A DNA stretch of 44,200 nt. Origin: Spirochaetaceae bacterium. Its GTDB lineage: Bacteria; Spirochaetota; Spirochaetia; CADAEX01. Position 1 is the first letter of the stretch, and every line of letters begins with the position of its first letter. This document shows, piece after piece, positions 17,821 through 27,383 of the stretch. A program made the translations under genes and the position numbers. The stretch spans positions 1-44,200 of the forward strand of contig WRCW01000001.1 in the NCBI GenBank assembly GCA_009783755.1, read 5' to 3'. Below the pieces are notes generated by a model. That model was not told the origin of the DNA. It saw only the letters and a list, made by a program, of their open reading frames with translations, and made no database searches.

Positions 17821-17897
17821 AGAAAGATATAGGATTTCTTCCCATATTATTGTATCAAAATGAGTATTTTCCCCATATCTTTTTTGAGAATTCTGTT
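17821..17897. promoter_or_regulatory. conserved duplicated upstream module, copy A
   Basis: About 77 nt that are roughly 90% identical by eye to 20645-20717. On the minus strand it carries TGATACAAT (extended -10-like) facing the decayed isomerase, plus direct TTYCCCATAT repeats. Confidence 0.6.
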
Positions 17898-17969
17898 TTT
17901 ATAATAAAAAGATTTACAATATAAAATAATAATTTATAATATACTATTATTAACAATGGAGGAAATTTT

Positions 17970-19547
17970 ATGAAAAAAATCTTAGTAGTGACTTTGATGA
18001 TTGCTTTATTACTCCCTGTGTGTATTTTTGCAACAGGAGGTTCTGAAAAAAAATCAGGATCACAAGGGAAATTATCAACGATAAATGTTGCAGTTCCTGC
18101 TCTTCCTGAGACATTAGAGCCAGCAGACACAATTTCAACAGCTATGTACAAGGTAAGCTACAATATCTTTAACAATTTGATTGAATATGATTTCAAAGGT
18201 GATAAAGGTCTTGTACCTGCTCTTGCAGAATCATGGAAATATATTGATGGAAAAACACTTGAAGTGGTTTTAAGAAAAGGGGTTAAATTTCATAATGGCG
18301 ATGAATTAACTTCCGAAGATGTTGCATGGACATTTAATGAAAGACTTTATGGAAATAATACTCCAATAAGCAGATCAAAGGTTGGTGGTTACTGGTCTCT
18401 TTTAGATAAGGTTCAAGTTGTAGATAAATATACAGTAAGGTTTATTACAAAAGAAACAGATCCTGTAATGCCTAACAGATTAACTCTTCCAGCTTTTCAG
18501 ATCGTAAGTAAAAGAGCTTTTAATGAAGCAAAAAGTTTTGAAGAATGGAAATTTAACCCTGTAGGCACAGGTCCTTATAAGGCAAAACAATTGATTCCCG
18601 GTGACCAGCTTGTTCTTGAAGCGCATAAAGATTTCTGGGGAGGAAAACCCAATACAGATATTCTAATATTCAGATCTGTTCCTGAAACTTCTGCCAGAAT
18701 TGCCGGCCTTATTGCAGGAGATTATCAATTTATAAGCGATGTACCTACTGATGCTATTAAAACTATTGAAGCAGATAAAAACCTTACAATAGAGGGAGGT
18801 CCAAGCGCCAGTTTCCTTACAATTTATTTTAATATACACAAGCCATATATGGATGTTGAGCTAAGGCAAGCTATGTCAATGGCAATTGACAGAGACCTGA
18901 TTATAAAAACACTTTTTTCTGGAAGAACAAGAGTTCCAAATGGATTACAGGATCCTGGATATGGTCCAATGTATGTAAAAGATCACCCTTTCCCGAAGTA
19001 TGATCTTAATAAAGCAAAAGAATTGGTAAAAAAATCAAAATATAACGGAGAAATAATTAATTATCCTATTCAAAATGACTATTATCCGAATGAAGTAAGC
19101 GTTACTCAAGCAATGGTTGAGATGTGGAAAGCTGCAGGAATAAATGTTCAGTTGGAAGTAAAGGAAAATTCCGGACAGATCAATCTGGAAGGGCCTGATA
19201 AAATAAGATTACTTGCAATCAGAAATACTTCTCATCAGGATTTATATGGAGATCCGTCAGGCTGTTTGTGGAGAACATATACTCCGGCATATGATGCACA
19301 AAGATTTTATAACTGGAAAGGTCCGGATGTAGATGAGTTTAACAATCATGGAAAAATCCTTGATACATCAGCAGATCAAAAAGAAAGATATGCCAGTGCC
19401 AAGAGAATGCTTGAAATTTATGATGCTAATCCTCCTGCAATGATTCTCTATCAGAATATGGTTTTTTCAGCAAAAAGAAAAAATCTTGACTGGAGTGCTT
19501 ACAAGCAAGTTTATATGTATTTTGGTCCTGAGAATTTCAAACAGTAA
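17970..19547 (+). CDS. ABC transporter substrate-binding protein, family 5 (peptide/nickel/opine type), copy 1
   Basis: 525 aa with a signal peptide and lipobox-like LLPVC. Typical SBP_bac_5 sequence (ALAESWKYIDGKTLEVVLRKGVKFHNGDELTSEDV). SD GGAGG. Followed by its own strong terminator. Confidence 0.92.
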   Translation: MKKILVVTLMIALLLPVCIFATGGSEKKSGSQGKLSTINVAVPALPETLEPADTISTAMYKVSYNIFNNLIEYDFKGDKGLVPALAESWKYIDGKTLEVVLRKGVKFHNGDELTSEDVAWTFNERLYGNNTPISRSKVGGYWSLLDKVQVVDKYTVRFITKETDPVMPNRLTLPAFQIVSKRAFNEAKSFEEWKFNPVGTGPYKAKQLIPGDQLVLEAHKDFWGGKPNTDILIFRSVPETSARIAGLIAGDYQFISDVPTDAIKTIEADKNLTIEGGPSASFLTIYFNIHKPYMDVELRQAMSMAIDRDLIIKTLFSGRTRVPNGLQDPGYGPMYVKDHPFPKYDLNKAKELVKKSKYNGEIINYPIQNDYYPNEVSVTQAMVEMWKAAGINVQLEVKENSGQINLEGPDKIRLLAIRNTSHQDLYGDPSGCLWRTYTPAYDAQRFYNWKGPDVDEFNNHGKILDTSADQKERYASAKRMLEIYDANPPAMILYQNMVFSAKRKNLDWSAYKQVYMYFGPENFKQ

Positions 19548-19555
19548 CTAAAAAA

Positions 19556-19579
19556 GCAGTTCTTTAGAACTGCTTTTTT
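19556..19579. terminator. strong bidirectional rho-independent terminator
   Basis: GCAGTTC-TTTA-GAACTGC (7-bp perfect stem, 19556-19573), flanked by an A5 run upstream and a T6 run downstream. Confidence 0.8.
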
Positions 19580-19742
19580 CTAAACTTTTCTAAACAAGTG
19601 GGGAGTATTTGAGCTATAAGGCCTAAAAGCTCCCCATCTTTTTTAATTAGAAATCGGATAAACATAGTTGTATCCCATAAAGTTTTAACTGATTTACTTT
19701 TGTTTCATAAATCTAATTGGGATTGAGTAATCTCTTTTTCGC

Positions 19743-20603
19743 TCAAAAGCCAGAAAGTATTTTTAATTCTTTTCTTAATGTCTTCCATGCTTCAATAGAG
19801 TAATTTGGTCCATAAGAAAACGGAGGAGCTTCCACGCACATTGCCCCATGATAATCGATCTTTTCAAGTTCAGTAAAAAACTCTTTCCAGAAAAAATTCC
19901 CATGCCCTGGAGCAAGGTGCGAATCCCTGTCTCCTGCATTGTCAACAACATGAAAAGCAATAAGTCTATCTTTCATAAAATGAAAAACATCTAGTGCTTT
20001 TTCTGCATGAGATACAAGTGAATGACCTGTGTCATAACAAAAACCAAGCAAAGGATGATCGCATCTTTTTATTATCTCTTCCAGATGTTTTAATTTACAA
20101 CCCAGCCTGTCTCCAAGATATGGCAGCATATTTTCAATAGCTATTTTAAATTTATACTGTTCACAGTGTTTAAGCATTGCTTCAAGAGTTTTTCCCAACT
20201 GTAGCATAAGCCTGTCTATTCCCTCTTCTTCTGTATAACAGTCTTTTTTGGTGGTTGGATGTATAACTCCTATGGAAGAACCCAGTATAACTGCCTGATC
20301 AATGGTTTTCTTCATTAAATCTGTAACTTTTTTCCTGTCAGCTTCATATAATGTAGCAATATCATGCTTAACAGGATCTGTATATGGAAGATGAAAAGTT
20401 TCAGTAACTAAACCTGCATCTTTAAAAAGTTTGCCTATCCTTTCAAGTTCCTGGTTGCTCTTTCTTTCAAACATAGGAAAATGTCCTTCTATGCCGATAA
20501 ACCCGGACTTAAGACATATGTCAGTTATTTCTTCAAAACTTTTTTTGGTTTTTTCAAACTCAGCTGTATTAGCTGCAATAGCAAAACCTTTGATATTTAT
20601 CAT
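19743..20603 (-). CDS. sugar phosphate isomerase/epimerase (xylose-isomerase-like TIM barrel, AP_endonuc_2 family)
   Basis: 286 aa with metal-ligand-like segments (IGIEGH, IAIENM, CYDTGH, CVEAPP). SD GAGGAG. Divergent from binding-protein copy 2. Confidence 0.88.
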   Translation of the reverse strand: MINIKGFAIAANTAEFEKTKKSFEEITDICLKSGFIGIEGHFPMFERKSNQELERIGKLFKDAGLVTETFHLPYTDPVKHDIATLYEADRKKVTDLMKKTIDQAVILGSSIGVIHPTTKKDCYTEEEGIDRLMLQLGKTLEAMLKHCEQYKFKIAIENMLPYLGDRLGCKLKHLEEIIKRCDHPLLGFCYDTGHSLVSHAEKALDVFHFMKDRLIAFHVVDNAGDRDSHLAPGHGNFFWKEFFTELEKIDYHGAMCVEAPPFSYGPNYSIEAWKTLRKELKILSGF

Positions 20604-20644
20604 AAAATTACTCCTCGCTAAATAATTTTATAATCAAATTAAAG

Positions 20645-20717
20645 AGAAAGATATAGGATTTTTTCCCATATTATTATATCAAAATGAGTATTTTCCCCAT
20701 TTCATTTTTAGAATTCT
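20645..20717. promoter_or_regulatory. conserved duplicated upstream module, copy B (includes isomerase promoter candidate)
   Basis: The minus strand reads TGATATAAT (extended -10) about 65 nt upstream of the isomerase ATG. The sequence is nearly identical to 17821-17897. Confidence 0.6.
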
Positions 20718-20780
20718 ATTTTATACTATAAGCATTTTACGATATAATATATAACAGTAGTCTTTATATAGGAGTGAATA

Positions 20781-22355
20781 ATGAAAAAAGTTACGACTTT
20801 AGTTTTGGTTATAATTTTGCTGCTTCCGATATGCACAGTTTTTGCAACAGGAGGGGGAGAAAAAAAATCTGGATCACAAGGAAAACTGTCAACTATAAAT
20901 GTTGCTATTCCTGCACTTCCTGATACATTGAATTCTGCTGCACCAATACTTACAATAAGTATGTACAGGGTAAGCTATAATATTTTTAATAATTTAATTG
21001 AATATGATTTTAAAGGAGATAAAGGTCTTATGCCTGCTCTTGCAGAATCATGGAAATATATTGATGGAAAAACACTTGAGGTGAATTTAAGAAAAGGGGT
21101 CAAATTTCATAATGGCGATGAATTAACTTCAGAAGATGTTGCTTTTACATTTGAAAAAATATTAGATCCTGTAATAGGCTCAAAAAGCGCGGCAGGTCAA
21201 TGGACTCTTTTTGATAGAGTTGAAATAATAAATAAATATACAGTAAGGTTTCATACAAAACAAACAGATCCTGTAATGCTAAATAGATTATCTCTTCCTG
21301 CATTTCAAATAGTAAATAAAAGAGCTTTAAAAGAAGCAAAAAATATTGAAGATTGGGCATTCGAGCCTGTTGGAACAGGTCCTTATAAGGTGAAGTCATT
21401 CAACCCCGCAGATCAGCTTGTTCTTGAAGCGCACAACGAATATTGGGGTGGAAAGCCATATGCAGATACTCTTATATTCAGGGCAGTTCCTGAAGTTTCT
21501 GCAAGGATAGCAGGTCTTATTGCCGGAGATTATCAGGTTATTAGTGATGTAGCAACAGATCTTATTAAAACTGTTGAAGCAGATAAAAATCTCTCAATTG
21601 AAGGCGGTCCAAGCGCAAGTTATCTCGCTGTTTACTTTAATCTTCACAAGCCATATTTTGATGTTAATTTAAGACAGGCTATGTCTCTTGCAGTAGACAG
21701 AGACCTTATAATAAAAACACTTTTTTCTGGAAGAACAAGAGTTGTAAATGGACTGCAGGAGCCTGGATATGGCCCAATGTTTGTAAAAGAGATCCCTTAT
21801 CCAAAGTATGATCTAAATAAAGCAAAAGAATTGGTAAAAAAATCAAAATATAATGGAGAAGTAATTCCTTATTATATTTTAAATGACTATTACCCAAATG
21901 AAGTAAGTGTTGCCCAGGCAATGGTTGAGATGTGGAGAGCTGCTGGAGTAAATGTTCAGATTGAAGTAAAAGAAAACTGGGGTCAGGTTAATATAGAAGA
22001 TTCTAACAAGATAAGAATATTGGGAATGAGAAATACATCGCATACAGATCAATATGGAGATCCATCGGGCTGTTTGTGGAGAACATATACTCCAAAATAT
22101 GATGCCCAGCTTTTACATAATTGGCAAGGAGCTGATGTAGATGAGTTTAACAAACTTGGAGAAATACTTGATTCAACAGCAGATCAAAAAGTCAGATATA
22201 ACAGCGCAAAAAGAATGCTCGAGATTTTTGATGCTAATCCTCCAGCAATGATTCTTTATCAGAATGTAGTTTTTTCAGCAAAAAGAAAAAATATAGACTG
22301 GAATGCATATAGACAGGTCTATATGTATTTTGGTCCTGAAAATTTTAAACAATAA
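20781..22355 (+). CDS. ABC transporter substrate-binding protein, family 5, copy 2 (first gene of operon)
   Basis: 524 aa and collinear with copy 1, with by-eye identity around three-quarters to four-fifths. SD AGGAG. Confidence 0.92.
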   Translation: MKKVTTLVLVIILLLPICTVFATGGGEKKSGSQGKLSTINVAIPALPDTLNSAAPILTISMYRVSYNIFNNLIEYDFKGDKGLMPALAESWKYIDGKTLEVNLRKGVKFHNGDELTSEDVAFTFEKILDPVIGSKSAAGQWTLFDRVEIINKYTVRFHTKQTDPVMLNRLSLPAFQIVNKRALKEAKNIEDWAFEPVGTGPYKVKSFNPADQLVLEAHNEYWGGKPYADTLIFRAVPEVSARIAGLIAGDYQVISDVATDLIKTVEADKNLSIEGGPSASYLAVYFNLHKPYFDVNLRQAMSLAVDRDLIIKTLFSGRTRVVNGLQEPGYGPMFVKEIPYPKYDLNKAKELVKKSKYNGEVIPYYILNDYYPNEVSVAQAMVEMWRAAGVNVQIEVKENWGQVNIEDSNKIRILGMRNTSHTDQYGDPSGCLWRTYTPKYDAQLLHNWQGADVDEFNKLGEILDSTADQKVRYNSAKRMLEIFDANPPAMILYQNVVFSAKRKNIDWNAYRQVYMYFGPENFKQ

Positions 22356-22373
22356 TACGATAAGGGAATGTGA

Positions 22374-23348
22374 ATGAATAACGAGATTTTAACAGTAAGT
22401 GATCTTAAGGTGGATTTTGTAAAGGATGGCAAGCTGATAAATGCAATCCTAAAAGTGGATTTTTCACTTAGAGAAAAGGAAGTTATAGGGCTCGTTGGCG
22501 AAAGCGGCTGTGGAAAAAGCGTTAGCTGCATGGCAATACTTGGAATATTGGGGGAAACAGCAAGGACAAAAGGGGATATTATGTTTGAAAACAGAAACCT
22601 CCTGGAAATTTCCGAGCCGGAAATAAGAAAAATAAGAGGTAAAAGAATATCAATGATTTTCCAGGACCCTGTTGCTTCTCTTAATCCTGTTAAAAAAATT
22701 GGTTCGCAGCTAATTGAGATTATTCAGACACATTCAAAATGTTCAAAAAAGGGAGCTATTGATAAAGCTGTTTCTCTTCTTGAACAGGTAGGGATCGCAA
22801 ATCCTCTTTTAAGGCTTAGGGACTATCCCCACCTGCTGTCAGGAGGATTGTGCCAGCGTGTAATGATAGCAATGGCTCTTGCAGGGGACCCTGATATCCT
22901 TATTGCAGATGAGCCAACAACAGCGCTTGATGTAACTGTTCAGGCTCAAATATTAAATTTATTAAGAAAGCTTAATAAAGAACGGGGAATGGCAACAATT
23001 CTTATTACACATGATCTGGGCGTCATTGCAGAAAATGTGGAGAGAGTATATGTTCTTTATGCAGGGCTTGTTGTAGAAGAAGCCCCTGTAAAAATTCTTT
23101 TTAAAAATCCTGCACACCCATATACTGCAGGACTTATGAGGTCTCTTCCAAAGATGACAGATGAAACAAATAAACCTCTTATCCCCATAGAGGGAGTAGT
23201 CCCTTCTCCAACTAATAGACCAAAAGGGTGCTGTTTCCAACCACGATGTCCAAAAAGCACAGAAGAATGTATGAAAAGCCAACCCGAGCTTAAACAAGTT
23301 GGCATTGATCATAAAGCTGCATGCTTTTATCCTGAAATACAAGAGTAG
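22374..23348 (+). CDS. ABC transporter ATP-binding protein (OppD/DppD/NikD-like)
   Basis: Walker A GESGCGKS, signature LSGGLCQR, Walker [13 protein letters not shown], and the C-terminal oligopeptide-type Cys-containing extension. Confidence 0.93.
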   Translation: MNNEILTVSDLKVDFVKDGKLINAILKVDFSLREKEVIGLVGESGCGKSVSCMAILGILGETARTKGDIMFENRNLLEISEPEIRKIRGKRISMIFQDPVASLNPVKKIGSQLIEIIQTHSKCSKKGAIDKAVSLLEQVGIANPLLRLRDYPHLLSGGLCQRVMIAMALAGDPDILIADEPTTALDVTVQAQILNLLRKLNKERGMATILITHDLGVIAENVERVYVLYAGLVVEEAPVKILFKNPAHPYTAGLMRSLPKMTDETNKPLIPIEGVVPSPTNRPKGCCFQPRCPKSTEECMKSQPELKQVGIDHKAACFYPEIQE

Positions 23349-23357
23349 CGAGGAGTT

Positions 23358-24350
23358 ATGGTTAGCAGTTTAGAAAATAAAGAGAGACCTATTATAGAAG
23401 TAAAAGATTTAGTATGTCATTTTGCTGTTAAAGGTTCTACGTTTTTTGGGAAAAATAAAAAGCTTCGTGCTGTTGATGGAATAAATTTTAATGTTTACAA
23501 AGGCGAAACTTTTGGAATCGTAGGAGAGAGTGGATGTGGCAAGTCAACAACAGCAAGACTTGTTCTTAATATGATTCCTCCTACCTCAGGGAGCGTTTTG
23601 TTTAATGGTCTTGATGTAACAACTCTTAGTCCAAAGAAATGGAGAGAAATCCGCGTTCATATGCAGCTTATGTTCCAGGACCCTATGGGAGCACTTGATC
23701 CATATATGACAATAGGTAAACAGGTTAAGGAACCGCTCGATATTCATAAAACAGAAATTAAATCAAAAAGAAAAAACATAGCGTTAGATATACTTGAGTC
23801 TGTGGGGATGGAAGGCTATATGTATGATCGTTATCTTCATGAAATAAGTGGAGGACAGAGGCAAAGATCTGTACTTGCAAGAGCTCTTATACTCCATCCA
23901 CAGCTTCTTGTTTGCGATGAGCCAGTGTCAGCGCTTGATGTCTCAATTCAGGCTCAGGTAATAAATCTGTTAAAAAGAATTCAGAAAGAAAAATCGTTGA
24001 CATATATTTTTATAAGTCATGATCTTCGCATAATAAGACATATATGCGACCGTGTTGCTGTAATGTATCTTGGAAAAATAATTGAAGAGTCAGAGTGTCA
24101 AGAACTATTTAATAATACTCTGCATCCATACACAAAAGCACTTATAAATGCTATTCCCATTCCTGATCCTTCCTTAGCCAGAGAAAAAACACTTTTACAA
24201 GGGGAACCACCAAGCCCTATTGACTTGCCTCAAGGATGCAGATTTGTTTCACGATGTCCGTCTGTATCTGATAGATGCAGGGAAGAAGAACCACAGCTTA
24301 AAAATATAAGTGAAAATCATAAAGTAGCATGTTATTTATTTGAGAAATGA
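23358..24350 (+). CDS. ABC transporter ATP-binding protein (OppF/DppF/NikE-like)
   Basis: Walker [10 protein letters not shown], signature ISGGQRQR, Walker B LLVCDEPVSALD. SD GAGGAG. Confidence 0.93.
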   Translation: MVSSLENKERPIIEVKDLVCHFAVKGSTFFGKNKKLRAVDGINFNVYKGETFGIVGESGCGKSTTARLVLNMIPPTSGSVLFNGLDVTTLSPKKWREIRVHMQLMFQDPMGALDPYMTIGKQVKEPLDIHKTEIKSKRKNIALDILESVGMEGYMYDRYLHEISGGQRQRSVLARALILHPQLLVCDEPVSALDVSIQAQVINLLKRIQKEKSLTYIFISHDLRIIRHICDRVAVMYLGKIIEESECQELFNNTLHPYTKALINAIPIPDPSLAREKTLLQGEPPSPIDLPQGCRFVSRCPSVSDRCREEEPQLKNISENHKVACYLFEK

Positions 24351-24361
24351 GGTTGTAAAAA

Positions 24362-25294
24362 ATGCATATAACATATTTTTTTGGTAAAATTATTAGAGCT
24401 TTTATAACAATGGTACTTGTCGTAACTTTTGTTTTTGTTGTACTAAGAGTTACAGGTGATCCATCTCATTCAATACTTCCTTCTGATGCAACCGAAGAGG
24501 AGCGAAAGGAATTTAGGGAAGAATGGGGGCTTGACCGGCCAATAATTGAACAGTATTTTGCTTACTGGAAAAATATTTTTACAGGTAATATGGGTAGATC
24601 ATATAGGGATCGTAGACCTGTTAATGTTATTATGGCTGAAAGACTCCCAAAGACAATCCAATTAGCAACCCTTTCTATTTTCTTTGCTGTTCTTATTTCA
24701 ATACCGCTTGGAGTAAAAGCTGCTCTTAACAGGAATACCTTTATAGACAGATTTGCAATGGGTACAGCTGTTTTTGGTTTTAGTATGCCCAATTTTTTCC
24801 TTGGCATTTTGCTTATTCTTCTTTTTTGTGTTGGATTAAGAATTTTACCAAGCAGCGGCAGCGATTCGTGGAGGCATATAATATTGCCGCTGATTACATC
24901 ATCAATACATTATTTAGCTTCATATTCCCGTTTTACAAGATCGACAATGCTTTCTGTATTAAATAAACCTTATGTACGAACAGCCACAGCATATGGTTTA
25001 AGTAAAAATAGGGTTATTTATGGACATGCACTTCCAAATGCCGCAATCCCAATTGTTACAATTGTAGGAACAAGTATTGGAAGGATAGTTGCAGGAAGTA
25101 TTGTTATTGAAACAGTTTTTGCATGGCCCGGAGTTGGAAGGCTTTTGGTCACATCTGTAGGTTCGAGAGATCTTGCTGTTGTACAAGGCATTGTTCTGCT
25201 TTTAAGTATCACTATTGTAGTTATGAATCTTCTAGTTGATATTACCTATGGATTTCTGGATCCTCGCATAAGAATAAAAAAAGGAGGTAAGTAA
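24362..25294 (+). CDS. ABC transporter permease (OppB/DppB-like)
   Basis: 310-aa BPD_transp_1 membrane protein with the N-terminal OppB-type segment and an EAA-like loop. Confidence 0.92.
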   Translation: MHITYFFGKIIRAFITMVLVVTFVFVVLRVTGDPSHSILPSDATEEERKEFREEWGLDRPIIEQYFAYWKNIFTGNMGRSYRDRRPVNVIMAERLPKTIQLATLSIFFAVLISIPLGVKAALNRNTFIDRFAMGTAVFGFSMPNFFLGILLILLFCVGLRILPSSGSDSWRHIILPLITSSIHYLASYSRFTRSTMLSVLNKPYVRTATAYGLSKNRVIYGHALPNAAIPIVTIVGTSIGRIVAGSIVIETVFAWPGVGRLLVTSVGSRDLAVVQGIVLLLSITIVVMNLLVDITYGFLDPRIRIKKGGK

Positions 25295-25295
25295 G

Positions 25296-26156
25296 ATGTT
25301 GGGGCAGGAAAATTTTATTCAATCATTTTTCAGGAAAGTTCCTCCTTTGATTTTTATATCATTTTTATGGCTTGCTATTGTTTTTTTTGTTGCAATATTT
25401 CACCAGCAATTGATGCCAATGGATTATCGTGCGACAAATTTGGAAAATAGGTTACTTCCACCGGTTTTTATGGGGGGAGATCCGGCATATTTTCTTGGTA
25501 CAGATGCTCTTGGTCGAGATACTTTAAGCAGGCTGATCAGATCAATATTTACAAGTCTTACTGTTGCTTTTATTGGATCTATAATAACAGCTGTAGTTGG
25601 GACAGTAATTGGATTTATCGCAGCTCATTTTAAAGGTATTGTAGATGAAATTCTTATGACTCTTGTAGATTTTCAATATGCAATGCCATTTCTTATTATG
25701 GCTCTCCTTGTTCTTGCTTTTTTTGGCAATAATATCATTCTTTTTGTCTTTCTTTTGGGAATACAGGGATGGATGAGATTTGCAAGGCTTGCAAGAGGAA
25801 TGGCTCTTTCTGCACAGGAAGATGGATATGCTGTAGCGGTAAAGCAACTTGGAGCATCTCCTGTAAGAATTTATGCAAGACATATTTTCCCAAATGTTTC
25901 AAATATTATAATTGTTAATTTTTCTCTTAATTTTCCGGAAAAAATAATAGTAGAAACATCGCTTGGTTTTATAGGGCTTGGAATACAGCCTCCTGAGACA
26001 AGTTTGGGCAACATGATGGCTTTTGGAAGAAATTATCTTATGGGTGAGTGGTGGCTTGCTGTAATTCCTGGAACAATTATTTTTCTCACAACATTAGCCA
26101 TGTGTCTTGTTGGAGACTGGGTAAGGGATAATTTGGATCCTACAGTTGTCAAATAG
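25296..26156 (+). CDS. ABC transporter permease (OppC/DppC-like)
   Basis: 286 aa with the GTDALGRDTLSRL motif typical of OppC/DppC. SD GGAGG. Starts 1 nt after the previous stop. Confidence 0.92.
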   Translation: MLGQENFIQSFFRKVPPLIFISFLWLAIVFFVAIFHQQLMPMDYRATNLENRLLPPVFMGGDPAYFLGTDALGRDTLSRLIRSIFTSLTVAFIGSIITAVVGTVIGFIAAHFKGIVDEILMTLVDFQYAMPFLIMALLVLAFFGNNIILFVFLLGIQGWMRFARLARGMALSAQEDGYAVAVKQLGASPVRIYARHIFPNVSNIIIVNFSLNFPEKIIVETSLGFIGLGIQPPETSLGNMMAFGRNYLMGEWWLAVIPGTIIFLTTLAMCLVGDWVRDNLDPTVVK

Positions 26157-27381
26157 TAGCAATAGTATTAAACAAAAACGATTTTATAAGATAGTAGCTT
26201 CTCTTTGGTTAGGATCTTGTTTAGTAGTAATAGGGGACATGGTTGTTTATGCAGTACTGCCTCTTTATGTGGGAGTACTTGGAATTACCCTTACACAAGC
26301 CGGGATCATATTGGGAGTAAGCAGTGGGGTGAGACTGATATCCAATGGGGTTCTGGGATATCTTTTTGATTTTGGGAATCAGAAAAAGTTATTTGTTGCA
26401 TCCCTGTTTCTTGGCGCTTTTGCCTATTTCCTTTTTGGATTTTGTTCAGGATTCCCTATTCTTTTTATTACAAGAATCTTATGGGGAATATCATGGTCTG
26501 GCATAATTATTGGCGGAACAAGCATATTAATTGTAGAAACTACTGTTGAAAACAGAGGCAAACTGGTTGGATTGCATTATTTCTGGATCTCTGTTGGATG
26601 TATTCTGGGATATGTTATCGGAGGATTTCTCTCTGAGAAAATAGGGTTTCAGGCAACAATGCTTGTTAGCGCCTTTTTTGCTCTTGTCGGTGCTTTTTTT
26701 GTTCTTCTTTTTCTTCCATGTACAGAAAAGCAAACAAAAGAAAAAATATCTTTTGCCAATTTAAAAAGAAATTATATATTTAAATTGGATTTAACCTTGT
26801 CACTTTATGCAGCTATTTTTGCTATTTCCCGTTTTATTACTTTAGGTTTTATAGCTTCCTTGCTTAGTATTATTATAAAGGAAAAAATATCTCCATATAT
26901 GGTTTTTATAGGAGTAGCTGCTTTGACTGGTCTGATAGGAGGGACTCGTACAGTGCTTGAAACCTGCTTTAATCCTATAATAGGATTAATTGCGGATAAA
27001 TTCAAAAACAGGTTATATGTTGTTATAATAGTCTTATTGTTTGGAGTTGCAGGGCTTTTTATAATGACGTTAGCTCCTCCCTATATGACACTTTTAGGAT
27101 TATTATTGTGTACAGTGCCAAGCGGGTGTATACCTGTATTGGTAAGAACTCTTGTTGGAGATTATGCTGCTGAAAAAAATAATCAGGGACGTTCAATGGG
27201 ATTTGTTCTTACAGTAGGAGATTTAGCAAGTGCTACAGGGCCTATTTTTGGCTTTGGTATACTCTCCTTTATTAGCATGGATGTAGTTTTTAGATTTATG
27301 GCTTTAGTATTAATTCTTCTTATATTGGTAATAATCATTTTTATAAGATATAATTGCTCGTGTCTAAATATTAAAAAATAA
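26146..27381 (+). CDS. MFS transporter, paralog 1
   Basis: About 12 TM segments. The TTG start overlaps the permease stop by 11 nt and is homologous to the ATG start of paralog 2 (MSNSSNSIKQKRFYKI versus MSNNNSEQKRFYRI). Confidence 0.85.
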   Translation: MSNSSNSIKQKRFYKIVASLWLGSCLVVIGDMVVYAVLPLYVGVLGITLTQAGIILGVSSGVRLISNGVLGYLFDFGNQKKLFVASLFLGAFAYFLFGFCSGFPILFITRILWGISWSGIIIGGTSILIVETTVENRGKLVGLHYFWISVGCILGYVIGGFLSEKIGFQATMLVSAFFALVGAFFVLLFLPCTEKQTKEKISFANLKRNYIFKLDLTLSLYAAIFAISRFITLGFIASLLSIIIKEKISPYMVFIGVAALTGLIGGTRTVLETCFNPIIGLIADKFKNRLYVVIIVLLFGVAGLFIMTLAPPYMTLLGLLLCTVPSGCIPVLVRTLVGDYAAEKNNQGRSMGFVLTVGDLASATGPIFGFGILSFISMDVVFRFMALVLILLILVIIIFIRYNCSCLNIKK

Positions 27382-27383
27382 TT

